A stretch of 64,000 nucleotides of DNA from the human T2T-CHM13v2.0 reference genome, Homo sapiens. Below are positions 30,525 to 49,944 of this stretch, one piece after another; position 1 is the first letter of the stretch; every line of letters begins with the position of its first letter. The notes beneath the pieces were generated by a model. That model had not been told where the DNA came from. It searched no databases and saw only the letters and a program-made list of their open reading frames with translations. Location: the NCBI RefSeq assembly GCF_009914755.1, contig NC_060940.1; one strand, given 5' to 3'. The translations under genes were made by a program, and so were the position numbers.

Positions 30525-30784
30525 GTTATCTGAGACAGTCTTGCTGTATCTTCCAGGCTGAAATGCAGTGACATGATTATGGCTCACTGCAGCCTCAAAC
30601 TTCGAGACCCAAGTGATCCTGCCACCACAGTCCCCTGAGTAGCTGGGATCACAGGCATGCACCACCACATTCTGCTAATTTTGTTTATTTTTAGGGTATC
30701 ACTATGTTGCCCAGGCTTGTCTCAAATTCCTGGGTTCTGCCTCCCTAAGTGCTGGGATTAAGGCATGAGCCATGGTGCCCAGCC
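30487..30784 (-). mobile_element. AluJ with (TTA)n tail, inserted in a MIR
   Basis: J-type tcactatgttgcccaggct; TSD aggaattat. Confidence 0.9.
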
Positions 30785-31130
30785 AAGGAATTATGAATGT
30801 TGGCAATGATCACCTAATTGGTAAGAGTTAGAAAAAGGGATCTAATCCAGGCCAGTGTTCTTAACCTCTATGTTTGGTCATAGACTAAATATAGGCAGCA
30901 AATCCTGAAATTACAGCAATATAGGTATAGCATAAAACCTTGAAGAGCTGACATCTGTAAATTAGATTATTAGATGTAATTAGTATTCTGTCCAGCTAAT
31001 GCTGTCAAATACTTTGTGGTAGGCATTGGCTTTGGTGCTGGATGGGATTCAAAGTACATTTTAAAATATTTAAACATAATGCCTAAATATATAAAAAAGA
31101 AAGAAAGAATATGCAGGAAATCATTAGAAA

Positions 31131-31693
<563 letters not shown>

Positions 31694-31939
31694 TCAAATC
31701 CATGTGATAACACAAGGTGGTAGTTTATGCTTCAGGATTTGGTATTCTTTGATTCCTTGTCAAGCTCTGCAACTCACTACTACAGTCACTGAGCAAGTAG
31801 GTAACCTCTTCTGGATCTGTATTTTTATTTGGAAAATGGGATTAATAATGCTAAGTCAGAGTGTTTTGCAGAAAGATAAAGTATACTTTTACTAAGCGTC
31901 AATACTGATGTAGATTATGTGCTCATTAAATACTAATTT

Positions 31940-32262
31940 TTCTTTTTTTTTTTTTTGCTATCAAATAGTAAGTTTTATTCATTCTGTATTTTGGTAGCCA
32001 TGAACCATTCCTACCTCCCCCAACCCTCTCACTACCCTTCCCAACTCTGTTAAACACCCTTCTACTCTCTATGTCCATGAGTTCAATTATTTTGATTTTT
32101 AGACTCCAGAAATAAGTGAGAACGTGTGATGCTGGTCTTTTCTGTGCCTGGTTTATTTCACTTAACATAATGATGTTCAGTTCCATTCATGTTGTTGCAA
32201 ATGACTGGCTTTCATTTTTTATGGCTAAATAGTACTCCATTGCATATCTGTACCACATTTTC
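31940..32262 (-). mobile_element. L1MA 3' fragment
   Basis: ttctactctctatgtccatgagttcaattattttgatttttagactcc...ttgcaaatgactgg. Confidence 0.88.
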
Positions 32263-32939
32263 TTTTTTTTTAAATTTATTATTATTATACTTCAAGTTTT
32301 AGGGTACATATGCACAACATGCAGGTCTGTTACATATGTATACATGTGCCATGTTGGTGTGCTGCACCCATTAACTCGTCATTTAGCATTAGGTATATCT
32401 CCTAATGCTATCCCTCCCCCCGCCCCCCTCCCCACAACAGTCCCCGGTGTGTGATGTTCACCTTCCTGTGTCCATGTGTTCTCATTGTTCAATTCCCACC
32501 TATGAGTGAGAACATGCGGTGTTTGGTTTTTTGTCCTTGTGATAGCTTGCTGAGAATGATGGTTTCCAGTTTCATCCATGTCCCTACAAAGGACATGAAC
32601 TCATCATTTTTTATGGCTGCATAGTATTCCATGGTGTATATGTGCCACATTTTCTTTATCCAGTCTATCATTGATGACATTTGGCTTGGTTCCAAGTCTT
32701 TGCTATTGTGAATAGTGCTGTAATAAACATATGTGTGCATGTGTCTTTATAGCAGCATGATTTATAATCCTTTGGGTATATACCCAGTAATGGGATGGCT
32801 GGGTCAAATGGTATTTCTAGTTCTAGATCTCTGAGGAATCGCCACACTGACTTCCACAATGGTTGAACTAGTTTACAGTCCCACCAACAGTGTAAAAGTG
32901 TTCCTATTTCTCCACATCCTCTCCAGCACCTGTTGTTTC
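32263..32939 (-). mobile_element. L1PA3/4-like 3' ~680 bp (ORF2 C-terminus and 3' UTR)
   Basis: Translates to WKSVWRFLRDLELEIPFDPAIPLLGIYP and WIKKMWHIYTMEYYAAIK, with a frameshift between the pieces. Confidence 0.97.
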
Positions 32940-34190
32940 ATTAACTTTCCTAGGGTTTTCAAGAGATAACTCTTCCCTTTGTAGGGAGAAAAAAAGGAAA
33001 AACTGAGTATCATGTTGTTTTCAAAGTTGGGAATGTATTATTTCTATAAGATATTTTTTCATCCCTCCCCATAATAGCTCGTTTCTTAGAATATTCATTG
33101 GGGATTTGGTATAACAACCTCATTTGTAAAGGCCAAAGGGTATGGAAGAGGAAGGGAGCAGTTAATGAGTGATAGGTGACAAGTCAAGGAGAAGGTGCTG
33201 GTCACTGTGCGTAAGAGTGCTAACAACATTCTGTCTGTTCCTTTTCCCTGCTGCTAGCATTCATGTTCTGTCACTAGTATGCAATCCTTTGCTTGCTTGG
33301 AATTAGACAGTGATGTTAAGCCATTTTGCAAATCTCAGCAAGTCCACAAGAGGTGTGGCCCCAAAATTCCCAACTATTTTTGCTAGCCGGATTTTAAATG
33401 CCCAAGGCTTTTGAATTTATTATAATTTAAGAATAATCAGTAGACCACCTCTCCTCTTTGGTTACTTCCATCTCTGTGTCTCAATGTCATTCCCAGCTCT
33501 GAGTATTTAACTCTAATTTCTCACTCAGTGACAAAACTCCAGATTTGTTGGAGCAATTTTGGCATTTAAAATGAAACAGCCTCCTTATATTACTGTGAGC
33601 AAGGTACCCAGAAGCCCCTATGAATTTCCTATTTCCATATGTACCAGATTTTCACATTCTGAAATGTTTCTTATGGGAACACGAGAAAACAGTTATAATT
33701 AAACTTAAGTAGAGAAACTATATTTAACACACTCTCTGGGATATATTCTGGAGAAGAGGCTTCAAAGCAAATCCTACATTAGTACGCACCCTGGGGTGGT
33801 GGGTGCAAAGTCAGAGGGGTCCCTCTCCCTTTCCCCTAAGCCTAATCTTAATATCTTTAGTAAGTGAAACCAGAAAATGCTTCTTTGGGGCAAGGACAAA
33901 CAAACAAGAAACTTCCTTTTGCCTATGTCCACATTTGACTTTCAAGCAATGCATACATTTTTCCTGCTAAGACAGAAGTAGATTTGCATTGATTTATAAA
34001 AATGCCATCTTATTCAGAAATTAAGGCAAAAAATTGCTAAAGAATCATCTGCTACTTGCTTTGTGGAAGAAGGTAAAATAGTAATCAGATTCTGAGAAAG
34101 AAGAAGATTTATCTCTTGTCCACCCCTTCACTCGTATTTTCTCTTGGATCCAGGAAAAGGACTTTTTGTTAATCAATTATCCACACATTT

Positions 34191-34666
34191 TGTGTTAGTT
34201 TTCTATTCTTGCTATAACAAATTACCACAAAGTTACTGGCTTAAAACAACACAACTTACAATCTCTCAGTTATGGTAGTCAGAAATCCAAAGTGGGGTCT
34301 CACTGGGCTAAAATCGGGGCGGCAGTTGGTACGTGTTCCTTTTAGTGACCCTAGGGGAAAAATTAATTTTTCCCTCTTCCTCTATCTTCAAAGCCAGAAA
34401 CATAACATATTCAAATCTCTGACTCTGACCTCCTCTTCTGCTTTCAGAGGCTATCAGTGAAGACTCTTCCATTCATAAAGGCCACTGTGATTACATAGGG
34501 ACTACTTGAACAGTCCGGGATAATCCTCCCATCTCAAATTCAGCTAATTAGCAACCTTAATTCCATCTACAATCTTAATTCATCATGCCACGTAACATGA
34601 CCTCTTCACAGGCTCTGGCACCTAGCAGGCAGTCATCTTTAGGTGGCCATTCTTTAGCCTACCACA
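34191..34666 (-). mobile_element. MLT1D-like solo LTR
   Basis: tgtgttagttttctattcttgctataacaaattaccacaaa...ttagcctaccaca. Confidence 0.85.
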
Positions 34667-35612
34667 TCTATCAACCCAAAGTTACTGGATTTCAGTTTAG
34701 TCATTTGAAATGATCTAGTCAATGGCATGCCTAGCACTATGCTGAAATGAATGAATGACAAAGGAGAGGAAAATACACTTGCCTTCTATGAATTTAAGAG
34801 ATCTTATTTTCACCATCAACCAAATGAATTTCCATGCACAAGCAATTTATATTTCCCTTTATTCTATTCACTCATCTGACAATGGAGTGAAACACGGTTC
34901 AACTGTAAAAGTATTTTATGATCCATAATAATTGTTGCTTCTCCTAACAATTCTGCAAAGTAAATAGGGAAAGTAATATCAAAATATAAAACTATCTTTT
35001 GCCAGAAGATGGCTTGCCTGGAAAGAAGGGAGCGTGGCTCTAAGTTAACTTTGTATCCAGAATGTAGATATCTTAAATCTTCAAGAGCATAAGGATCATA
35101 AAAGGCATTTTACCCTGTACTGTGTGGGTTAGATATGCATACATAAGAAAGGTACAACAATGTATAAGAAGTAAATAAATTTGCCCAATATTTCATTTTG
35201 AATGAGAATTTAATGTAATAGACCCATGAGTGTATCAACTGTCATAATAAAAAGTGTGGCAATGAGAAATCAATGATATAAAACCACCCAGAGAAATACA
35301 GATACATTTCACAATGCTTAGTTAAGGCAGAAACAAACAATTACATACTGAAATTAAGATTATAGATGCTATTTTTATAAAACACAAAAAGTTAAGAATG
35401 TGACAGTCTTTTAGAGGGTTTAGAACCTGACAGCAATCACAAGAGAGTCAGATTCTGGAGTGCTGGTAATGCTCTGTTTCTTGATCTTAGTGCTGATTGA
35501 ATGAGTTTGTTTAGTTAGTGAAATTTTATGGTGTCGTACACTTTAAGATGTGTACTTTTCTGTATGTATAATCTATTGTACATTTCAAAACATTTAAAAT
35601 GGGTTTACCTGA

Positions 35613-35916
35613 TGTATTTGTCCATTTTCACACTGCTATAAAGAACTGCCCAAGACTGGATCATTTATAAAGAGAAGAGGTTTAATTGACTTAGAGTTCC
35701 ACATGGATGAGGAGGCCTCAGGAATCTTACAATCATGATGGAAGGGGAGGCAGGCATATCTTACACAGCTTCAGAAGACAGAGGAAGAGCAGGGGAAATG
35801 ACCACTTATAAAACCATCAGATCTCATGAGAACTCACTCACTCTCATGAGAACAGCATGGGGGAAACGGCCACCATGATCCAATCACCTCCCAAGAGGTC
35901 CTTCCCTTGACACCTG
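35613..35916 (-). mobile_element. THE1/MSTA LTR, truncated
   Basis: tgtatttgtccattttcacactgctataaagaactgcc...aaaaccatcagatctcatgagaactcactcac. Confidence 0.9.
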
Positions 35917-36193
35917 AAAATGGGAAAATAAATAAATTTACCATTATATAAACCACAAATATAAAACACCACACATATACTTTAGTAATCATAGTTACAC
36001 CAATACTTTATTATTTATAATCATTTCCTCAAATATAAAATTAATGCCTCGTAGGGCAACTTTACTTTCTATGTATACCAAGACATATTTGTAAATATGA
36101 GAGAGGCTTGTGAAAAAAGCACCTATTAATATTTGTGAAAACAATATATGAGAATCTGATGGGCAGATTATGATTATGTTCTTTTAATAAGAA

Positions 36194-36803
<610 letters not shown>

Positions 36804-37651
36804 TAAGTAGACACCCATTTAAACAATCCTCTATTCTGTCATGAATATAATATAACACACATATTTTACCAGGAGTATTTGCTTCAAATGATGCTTATAT
36901 TTTGGGCTAACCCAGTCAAATGACTCTACAGCTATCCAACTAGCTGCAAGGAAGGAATATACAACTAGCTGCAAAAAAAGTTGGTATACTCTTGTGGAAG
37001 GCTAGTCCTTTATACGTAGGCAGGTGAAAAATATGCTCTGTAAGACTTAGTGGATGCGAGTTCTAAGTCCTAAACTAAGCTGTAACATGAGAAGCCTAAA
37101 TAACATGAGTTTCAGGGTCCATGCTCACATGCGTATGCATCAATGAAATAACACTGCTTCTTTCTGCAGTAAAGATTATGGAGGCAGATAATACATTCTC
37201 TGCTGCCCATAGTTTTCAATATATGAAATAAGTGTCTCCAATCTTGATTGTTCCTTTCTTATTAAGCTCTGCTTTTTTTAATCAATGAAAACTGATGAGA
37301 ATCCAGCATATAGTAGATGCTCAAAACTAGGTATTAAATGAATGGGTAAATGAATGAGGATATGAGGAAATCAGATTGAAAGGACTATCCCTAAACTGGT
37401 AGCTTTTATGCTGTCTTCTAGGGAAAGACATAGGCGATAGACAACTGCCTCAAAATCAGTGCCTAGGTTTTATGATTTTAAACATTTTAAATGTAAATTG
37501 TGTTCATGACAAAAGGACTACCTAAAGGATCCTATGGCCTCAAATAATCAGAAAAGAGATTGATGTGTTGCTCTGAGCCATGCCTGGCAAGGAGTAGGAG
37601 TCTGAAAGCTTGGTTCCCTCAGAGTATATCCATGAACTTCTGTATTTCTAG

Positions 37652-37709
37652 ATTATATCTATATATCTATCTATATATATATGTATATATATGTGTATAT
37701 ATATATATA
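37652..37709. repeat. (TA)n-rich microsatellite
   Basis: Seen directly. Confidence 0.9.
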
Positions 37710-39078
37710 AAATAATCAGCTAATATAGATGGCTATTCCTTGGATCACAAAACCTAGGTGTCATTGTGGTTATTAACAAATGAAAGAAGGCCAGTGTTTT
37801 ATTTGTTCCTCTATTTCCAACATCTATCTCCAGTTACTCATTGTTTAGGTCAAAAAGACATTTGAATACTGTGGTAACACACCTGTGACATCAAGTTATC
37901 AATTTTTAGTCTTTTGTATTTATTTATATCTTAAACTTGTACTTAAGTGAAACTATTTAGGTGGCAAAAGTGGGTTTATGTCCTGCTGCCAGTCTCTGGC
38001 CCTGGACATTTGAAGATTGAAGATGTCAACTAAACTGTTTCTAGATTTCTTTATCTATAAAATTAGAGTTCAAATTCTATGTACCTAGTAAGATTGCTGT
38101 GATGATTAAACAAAACAACACAATGTCTTATACATGTAAGACATTAAAATTAAAATTTATTTATTCTTGTATCATTGTTACGTGAATAGTGGGTATGTTT
38201 TAGATTGGGGAAATTGCAGGGAATTTAGAAACATCATGTGAATGGATGTGAATTCTGGAAATATCATCTACTAAGGTATTACGTAAAACTCAGTTTCCAC
38301 ATCTCTAAAAGGAGAAAAATAAATAAGCCCTATTTTTCAGGTTATAAAGGAAAAAATGTAAGATAAAACAAATTAACACAGAACCTAACTCATTCCAGGC
38401 ATTCAAAATGCCTGAGCCAATTAATCCTAATTATGCCTCAAAGTTTTTCTTTTTTCTTAAAAAAACTTTTGCTTTTTAAAATCAAGCTCAGATCCAGCAT
38501 CCAAATTGCAGTATTGGCTTTACGATATTGACGCTGAGAAATGCATGTCTGAGGGAAATTTCTACGAATATTTTGATGTGATAATTTGGTTCAACCAGTT
38601 CCGTGAGCACGAGAAGAAAGTGTGAATAGCTATGAATGACAAGTATCCAGTGTTCCAGTCTCAAATACCAGAGAGATGTGCCATCCTCCTGGAAACAGGT
38701 CTGACAAATTTAACTCCAAAGTAAAGACATAATGATTTTCTGGAAGGATTGCATATTAATATATTAGTAGTCATTCTTTTAAAGCGTTTGTTGTACTCAG
38801 TCCTTCACAGCTAGAAATATAATCCTGGGAAGATTGGAATGGGTAAGTAGTGCAATGCTGACAGTTTTTCAGGACAAGAAGTTGTTTGGCATGGGAGAAA
38901 TAGCATAGGGTAGCAAAGGATCACAAGCTGTAGTATTGCAATGACCTTGATTTGAATATGATTTCACCACTTTCCAACGATATGACTCTGGGTGATTTTC
39001 TTAAATGTTGTTATCTTGCTTTTGTATTTATAAAATTAGAGAGGTTATATAAGTATATATATTATAATGTATATGTGT

Positions 39079-39633
<555 letters not shown>

Positions 39634-39652
39634 TTAACTTGGCTAATATTCT

Positions 39653-39685
39653 CACGTGATCTTAGCCAAAAGGCCGAGAAGCAAT
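39653..39685 (-). pseudogene. 3'-truncated U2 snRNA retropseudogene (U2 nt 1-33)
   Basis: Reverse complement ATTGCTTCTCGGCCTTTTGGCTAAGATCACGTG versus U2 ATCGCTTCTCGGCCTTTTGGCTAAGATCAAGTG (31/33); 19-bp TSD acttgg(c/t)taatattctcac. Confidence 0.95.
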
Positions 39686-40617
39686 ACTTGGTTAATATTC
39701 TCACCCAGTGAGACAGTAGTTAGGATTACCAGTCTTACTAATATCTGTAGAAAGGGTTCCCAATTGTTATTGCTGTTGCTTCTGCATTTTCAGGAGTGAG
39801 GCCCCTTGGAAAGAGAAAATGTCACTTTAGTAGAAAGCAGGACCAAATAGGAGACAGGAAATCTAGGATACAACCTAAAGGAAAGAATCTATTTCGCATG
39901 CTGCCCCGTGTTTTCTTCTGGATCTTGAGACTTCCCATGCTATCAGTGAGGCAGATAGTGAAGTGGGACTTCCTGATTTCTTCCAATGGTCCTGCTTCCC
40001 ATTGGTCATGACAAAACCCATGCAGAGTAGGGACATAGTACGTCTGTAGGTTCCTGGTACCAGAGAATATTAACGGCTCCATGCCAGATGGGTTTCTACA
40101 TATTTGGAAGAAGTTATGGTGATTTCTAGGAATATATTTTGTCTCATGGTAATGTTGTCTCATTGTGATTCAGTCTTTGTCCATCTTCCCAGCACAGTAT
40201 TTTATTCCTTTCTCTTCTTATTTATAGCACAATCCTTAGTCTCTGGTCATAAAAATTTCATGATTGCATCCAAAAATCCTTTAATTCACACACACAAACC
40301 CACAAACACAAATGAACACACACAGCCATGCATGTGCATATACATCCGCAACCATTTGTTTTGATTTGGAATGCCCTTTTCTTCAGTCCCTGTGACAACC
40401 TGGTAACTTCTCTTACCCCATGCTCCTTAGACTTCTTTCACTTCCTCACTTGGGGCACACTTTCTTTGTATTGGGGCCTTTGACCACCATGATCTCATTG
40501 CCTTTCATGTTCTGCCTATAACATTTTGCCTTTCCATCTTTAATGATCAATTTAAACATTTCTTCTGGGAGGTTTTTGTAAAATACTCTAGATTAGATTA
40601 GATATTTTTGTGTTCAC

Positions 40618-42346
<1,729 letters not shown>

Positions 42347-42633
42347 CTCCATGGTGAAGGCTTCTGGGGTCTTCCTGCTCTCCTCTTACCCCGCACAAAG
42401 AAGTCACAGTTGTGATGTGTCTTCTTGGCACCCAGAAGATGATGCAGACTAAATGCTTTCCACATTTTTCTGTGTGGCTTCTTTGGTCTTTGTGCTCTAT
42501 TTGGTTGCTGCAGTTTCACTGTTGTATACACTGGAGCTCTTCCAGAGGGATTCCCATTGGTAGGGAGTTTGATCATTTTTATTGGGTACTGAGCATTAGG
42601 ACCCCCTCTTCCACCATCTTGCTGACATCACTC
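42347..42633 (-). mobile_element. L1M 5' terminus / 5' UTR fragment
   Basis: Reverse complement starts GAGTGATGTCAGCAAGATGGTGG, the YY1-site-bearing 5' end of L1MA/PB families. Confidence 0.7.
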
Positions 42634-42943
42634 ATTCATTTGTAGAGCATGACGTCCTTTCCACCTTTATAATTATTCTCCCTGCTACTCTTTTTTGAAA
42701 TTATATTTCCAGTAAGATGAACATTGAGGTGAAAGAGGACATGGATCTCAGTTATGATTCCATCCACAGTGCCTAGAAAAATTGCCATCATATTGTAGAA
42801 GATGGATACTCTGTATACATATACTGAAATGACAGAAAATTCTATGCTCCCATAACTTTTTAAATCTACTTCTGAGTATATTTTATTACATCAATAGTAA
42901 AAATGAATCTTTGCTGAGTGCTTGCTATGTATCAGGCATTTAG

Positions 42944-43267
<324 letters not shown>

Positions 43268-43482
43268 AGCTAACTGCTTCCTATGCATGATCTCACTCAG
43301 TACTCACAATATTTCTATGAGTTAATTTGTCAGTCTATAAATGACAATAATAATTGTCTCTAAGGCTTTAAAAAATAAATATTTTATGTTCTCAAAAGTA
43401 GTGAAGTATTAAGCTGTTATTTTAACCCAGATAAACTGACAACAGGGGTTGTCAATTTAAGCTACTGTATAGCCCTAGCTTA

Positions 43483-43634
43483 CATTTTACCTAAAACCTT
43501 ATGAGAGATCCTTAGCTAGAACCATCCAGCAAAATCTCTTCCACATTCCAGAGCTCCAGAAACTAAATAAGATAATAAATATTTGCTGTTTTAAGCTCCT
43601 AAGTTTGCGGGTAATTTCTTACGTAGCAGTAGAG
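43483..43634 (+). mobile_element. MLT1F/G-like LTR 3' fragment
   Basis: gataataaatatttgctgttttaagctcctaagtttgcgggtaatttcttacgtagcagtaga. Confidence 0.8.
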
Positions 43635-44900
<1,266 letters not shown>

Positions 44901-45099
44901 AGCTAGGTCTCTGCAAAAACTGTCATTGTGGAAACCCAGATAAAACTTACGTTATGTTGCATTTGGGTTCATGTCTTGTTTAGGAGCTCAGGATACGTTG
45001 TAAAGCAAATCTGTGTTTAAATCCCACTTTATGACAATGTAAAAGCTGTATTACCTCTAAGTCTTAGTTTTCTCAAAGGTTGAAATATGAACCATTATT

Positions 45100-45530
45100 A
45101 GCAAAGACTTGGAACCAACCCAAATGTCCATCAATGATAGACTGGATTAAGAAAATGTGGCACATATACACCATAGAATACTATGCAGCCATAAAAAAGG
45201 ATGATTTCATTTCCTTTGTAGGGACATGGATGAAGCTGGAAACCATCATTCTCAACAAAGTATCACAAGCACAGAAAACCAAACACTGCATGTTCTCACT
45301 CATAGGTGGGAATTGAACAATGAGAACACTTGGACACACGATGGGGAACATCACACACCGGGGCCTGTCGTGGGATGGGGGGAGGGGGGAGGGTTAGCAT
45401 TAGGAGATATACCTAATGTAAATGACGAGTTAATGGGTGCAGCACACCAACATGGCACATGTATACATATGTAACAAACCTGCACGTTGTGCACATGTAC
45501 CCTAGAACTTAAAGTATAATAAAAAAAGAA
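45100..45530 (+). mobile_element. L1PA4/5-like 3' end inserted in a MIR
   Basis: AKTWNQPKCPSMIDWIKKMWHIYT ORF2 tail; TSD aaatatgaaccattatt / aagtatgaaccattatt. Confidence 0.97.
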
Positions 45531-46077
45531 GTATGAACCATTATTTTCTTCACTTTATAGTTGTTGAAAGGACTCAGTGAGATAATATTTTATAAAGTGT
45601 TAACTACTCTGCTTGATAACCAGGAAAGCACAAAATATGCATTCGTTTTCCTTAACTAAGAAATACCATGGGCATTATTTGATTTTGGAACTTTCCCCAA
45701 GTTACTTCATTTATTCATTCATTCATTCATTCTTTCATTCTCACTGAGCCTTTATTACATGAAATAAAATTAATCATCGGTTCCCCTAGTAAATGAGCTT
45801 ATGGAGTCATGACTCTTTTCTTAATAACCTTTGGTTCCAGAACATCTCTTAGAGTTCCTGGTTTAACTACAATGATAAATGATCTGACAGATGTTTGGAG
45901 AGATTTCTATGAGCCCTCAAAAACAGAAGGCATTGATTCTATCTGATGGCTTGGCTTGGATACAGGGAAGAATGTCAGAAAAACATTCCAAAAAATATGA
46001 CACTTAGATCTAAAGTAGACAGTGTGTGAAGCTCCACGGTGCTATGATTCCCACCTCTGATCAAGGGGCACTGTCTC

Positions 46078-46437
<360 letters not shown>

Positions 46438-47596
46438 TGAGAACATGACACAGAGTGAAAGAGGCTCAAGGTTATTCTTTAGATTGTTGGTTTTAACTAA
46501 ACACACATGTATAGCCAAAGATGAATTTATGTGAGGCCAAGGGTAATGGAGGAGGACAGCAATTCTCATTTATCATATTATACCTAGCATATTGTTAAAT
46601 ATAGATCTGTTAAACTCACTGATATGAACAGAGGAAGTGGATAAACTCAACCAGATTGCAGCAAGGGAGTGCACCCTAAATATTTCTCCAACGCTGTTTT
46701 GGGCCACCCGACTAATTTCAAACCCAAAAAATTTGTCTAATATTCAACATTTGTCTATCATGTAATTGTAAATATATGTTGCTGTGAGTATTCAACATAT
46801 GAGTTTAGGTTATCATTTGAAAATTAAACTAGTAAAGTCATTACATTTATGAAAAAATGGTTAACAAAAATGATTTCCAGTGTTAATCAGTAAATGTAAA
46901 ACTATCTTAAAGTCATTCCGGTCAGCGTAGTCTTCCCAGAAAGGAGACAGTGAAAGGTCATTATTAAGAAACCTACCTAGATGTTTCCCAATATATTTAT
47001 TTTCCGTAAAACCCTTGCACAATTGATAAGTCTTGTGTCAATTTTAATAACAGCACTACTTAGTGTGAGGGAAATAAAGGCGCTTCCTCAGGGCTGTTGA
47101 TTAGGTTTTGAGATCAAATCTATTTGATTTATTCATATATGATAGCTAAGTCTACAAGAAAACATCCTCTTCTAGTCATATTCTTTGAGTCTCTCTCCTG
47201 ATTTCTCCCTCCTCAAATATCTTTGTGTTCTCATCATTAAAAGGAAGACAAAGATAGGAGAGGGGAAAAAACTCACAGCATAAGTGTTATGCCTCCTTCC
47301 TTACTCCATTGATGCTGATGAGATAGGACAACCAATTATTCCTGGACACACTATGATTGTTTGGAAAAAAAAAAAAAGTAGAGAGGATTGCATGCTGACT
47401 ACCCAGCTACCCAGGATGTCAATCAGTAGAATTAACTTGAGGGTCCAAGGCCATTTTTATTGTGACAGCCACCAATAAAATCCTCTTCTCCATCAAAACC
47501 CTTTGACACAAAATTAGCTGTTGTATTTGATGGCTAAAATTTTAAAAAGATGAAAACATACAAATTGGAAACCAGAAAATAGTATTGCTTTCCAAT

Positions 47597-47786
47597 TAGT
47601 GTTTTTCAAAGTATAGTTCAAGGTCAATCTGCTCCAGAATCGATCTGAGTGCTCTGTAAAAATACAGATTCCCATTGTCATCACAAAATACTCTGCTTCA
47701 GAAGATATGAAATATCTTCCAGAAATTTAAATTTTTCAAGTTCCTGGGATAATTGTTAACCACATGAAAGCATAAGAACCACGATC
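47597..47786. mobile_element. MER5B-like hAT-Charlie MITE
   Basis: tagtgtttttcaaagt...taaaaatacagattcc...agaaccac. Confidence 0.7.
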
Positions 47787-49944
47787 ATAGAGAGAAAAGT
47801 GTATCTGGAAATCAAAATTAGAGGAAGACCCTCTAGCAAACTGGGACTTGGCTGAATGCTGTACTTTATTTATTAATGGATTATCATCCATTAATATTGT
47901 GTTTATTCTGAGATTGAATGAACATAGAATTCTATAGTGGCTGGGAAAATACACTCTCTTTTGAACTTGCACATAAAAATCTGAAGCCAAGTTGGTATTT
48001 GACCATACCACAGGCCATAGCTGGGTGTCTGCAGTCTGAGAGAAGCTCCAGTAAAACTCTACACAAAATATTTGATAAAATTTTATTAAAGTGTAACTGA
48101 GATTAGTGTGTTTTCTGCACACAAAGACACAGAAGTGAGGTTATTCAAGCTTTTGACTAAATCTTAAAGGTCAAAAGCCACTTCCCTGTTTAAATGAATG
48201 CAATTTTCTTCAGCAATTCTCTATCGTCTTTCAGATGATGCGTTTGTTCCACATTATCATTTCACTCAGAAATCACCCTTCCCACTGAAGAATTTGGAAA
48301 CAACACCCTGTGAACATGCATCAGATATAGCTTTTATCCACCTGCTATGATTAATTTTTCTGTTTTTTAATATGTTACTTCACACAAAAGTTTGGGGGTC
48401 TAGGATATAGTATTTTCTTTTCAAGATGTAGAGAAACAAGAAAACCTCAAGCTCTCTTTTCAGCCCTAGAAAAAAAGCACAGCTCAGAATAATCATTCAT
48501 TGTTTTATAAAGGAAAAGTATTTGATAGTGTCTGAGGAATACAGAGTGCCAGACTGAAAATGAGGCTGCAAAGGAAATGGGATGAGAAATAGGTTTGTTT
48601 TTGGTCACCCAGAAGCAAAACCTATCACACACATCTATACAAACATACCTAAAACCTAGCAGCTCTTTCATACTGATTCCTGACATCAAAACAAAATAAA
48701 GATGGAACTTCAGGGGAATAAGACAAAGAGAAAGAGTGGAAATGAAGCTGCCAAGAAAAACAGAACTGATTTTGCAAAGGTCAGTGCAATATAGGATTAG
48801 TTTGGACTAAGCCCATACTCCAGTGTAATTTGCAATATATTTCAACACTTCAGAACAAGTATTTGTAGCTACTTTTAATACCAGCTCTGAGCCATGACTA
48901 TCTAAATAGACATGGGGCATTAAAGTTCACAGGGCTTGATACTGCCTGTAAAAATGGAGCCCAGCAGAATTTGATTTTATTAGGCCCATAGCCAATGGCG
49001 ATTAAAGTGTTATGCCATATCTGTCAGCATGCATGGATGCATGGGGATTATTTGTAACAGAATTTAAGTCTGGGAGCCAAATTCTTCAGCCATAAGTCTA
49101 GAATACTAATTCTTTCTTTTTCATCCCCTCTAACAGACCTATGGCCCTCACAATATCATCGCAGGAACTGGGACAAGAATTCAGACTTTTTCATCTAAAA
49201 CAATAGGGCTTTATTAACAATTAAAGGGTCAAACCTGCACAGGTAGGGCCAGGGGATTGCGTGGACATTTGTTGTTTCATTGTCCTTTCACAATCTAATT
49301 TTCTTTTTCTAATACTACCCCAGTTTCCCTTTGGGGAACCACTATATTGGATCTAATTTTGGTGGGAGGTGTTTTCAATGTTCCACTTAAAAATCTCAAG
49401 ATGTCACGCTCTCACTGAAATGGTATATGGGCATCCAGGGGTGGGGGCATATGTCCATGATCAGCACTTTGAATAAAGTTTTTTAGGACGTTGAATCTTG
49501 AGGGAAAAAAAAAAGAGAGAGAGAGAGAGTTTGGAGTTTGAAGTTCTTATTCATTTCAGTGGCTGCAGAAGCTTGGAGCAGAAAGTCCTTCTACCTGAGT
49601 TTTGAGGCTGTTACTGCTGCCTGTATCCTGAAGTTGCTGTATTACTAACCTATTGTATTGGCCTGTTCCTTCAGCTTTGTTTTGTCTCTTCAACTATTTC
49701 TCAGCACAAAACTGATAGTTGTCTCCCTGAATTATGATTCTCATGCTTGCCTCTGTTCTGATGTGGTATCCCAAGCTCCTACCAAGTCCATTATTGAAAC
49801 AGACTTTGGAAGAGCATTCATAATTTACACAATACCTAGCTTAGCCCATTTACTCCTCTTGCCATCAATCTTGACTCTTATTTTGTCTGGACAAGTTGAA
49901 CATCTGCTTATCTCTAACGTGTTGGCCTTCATTGATTTGAGTCT

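Noticed and set aside
32489-32859. L1 ORF2 C-terminal peptides (also 45080-45316)
   Set aside because: Real ORF2 homology, but 5'-truncated remnants lacking EN and RT; not functional.
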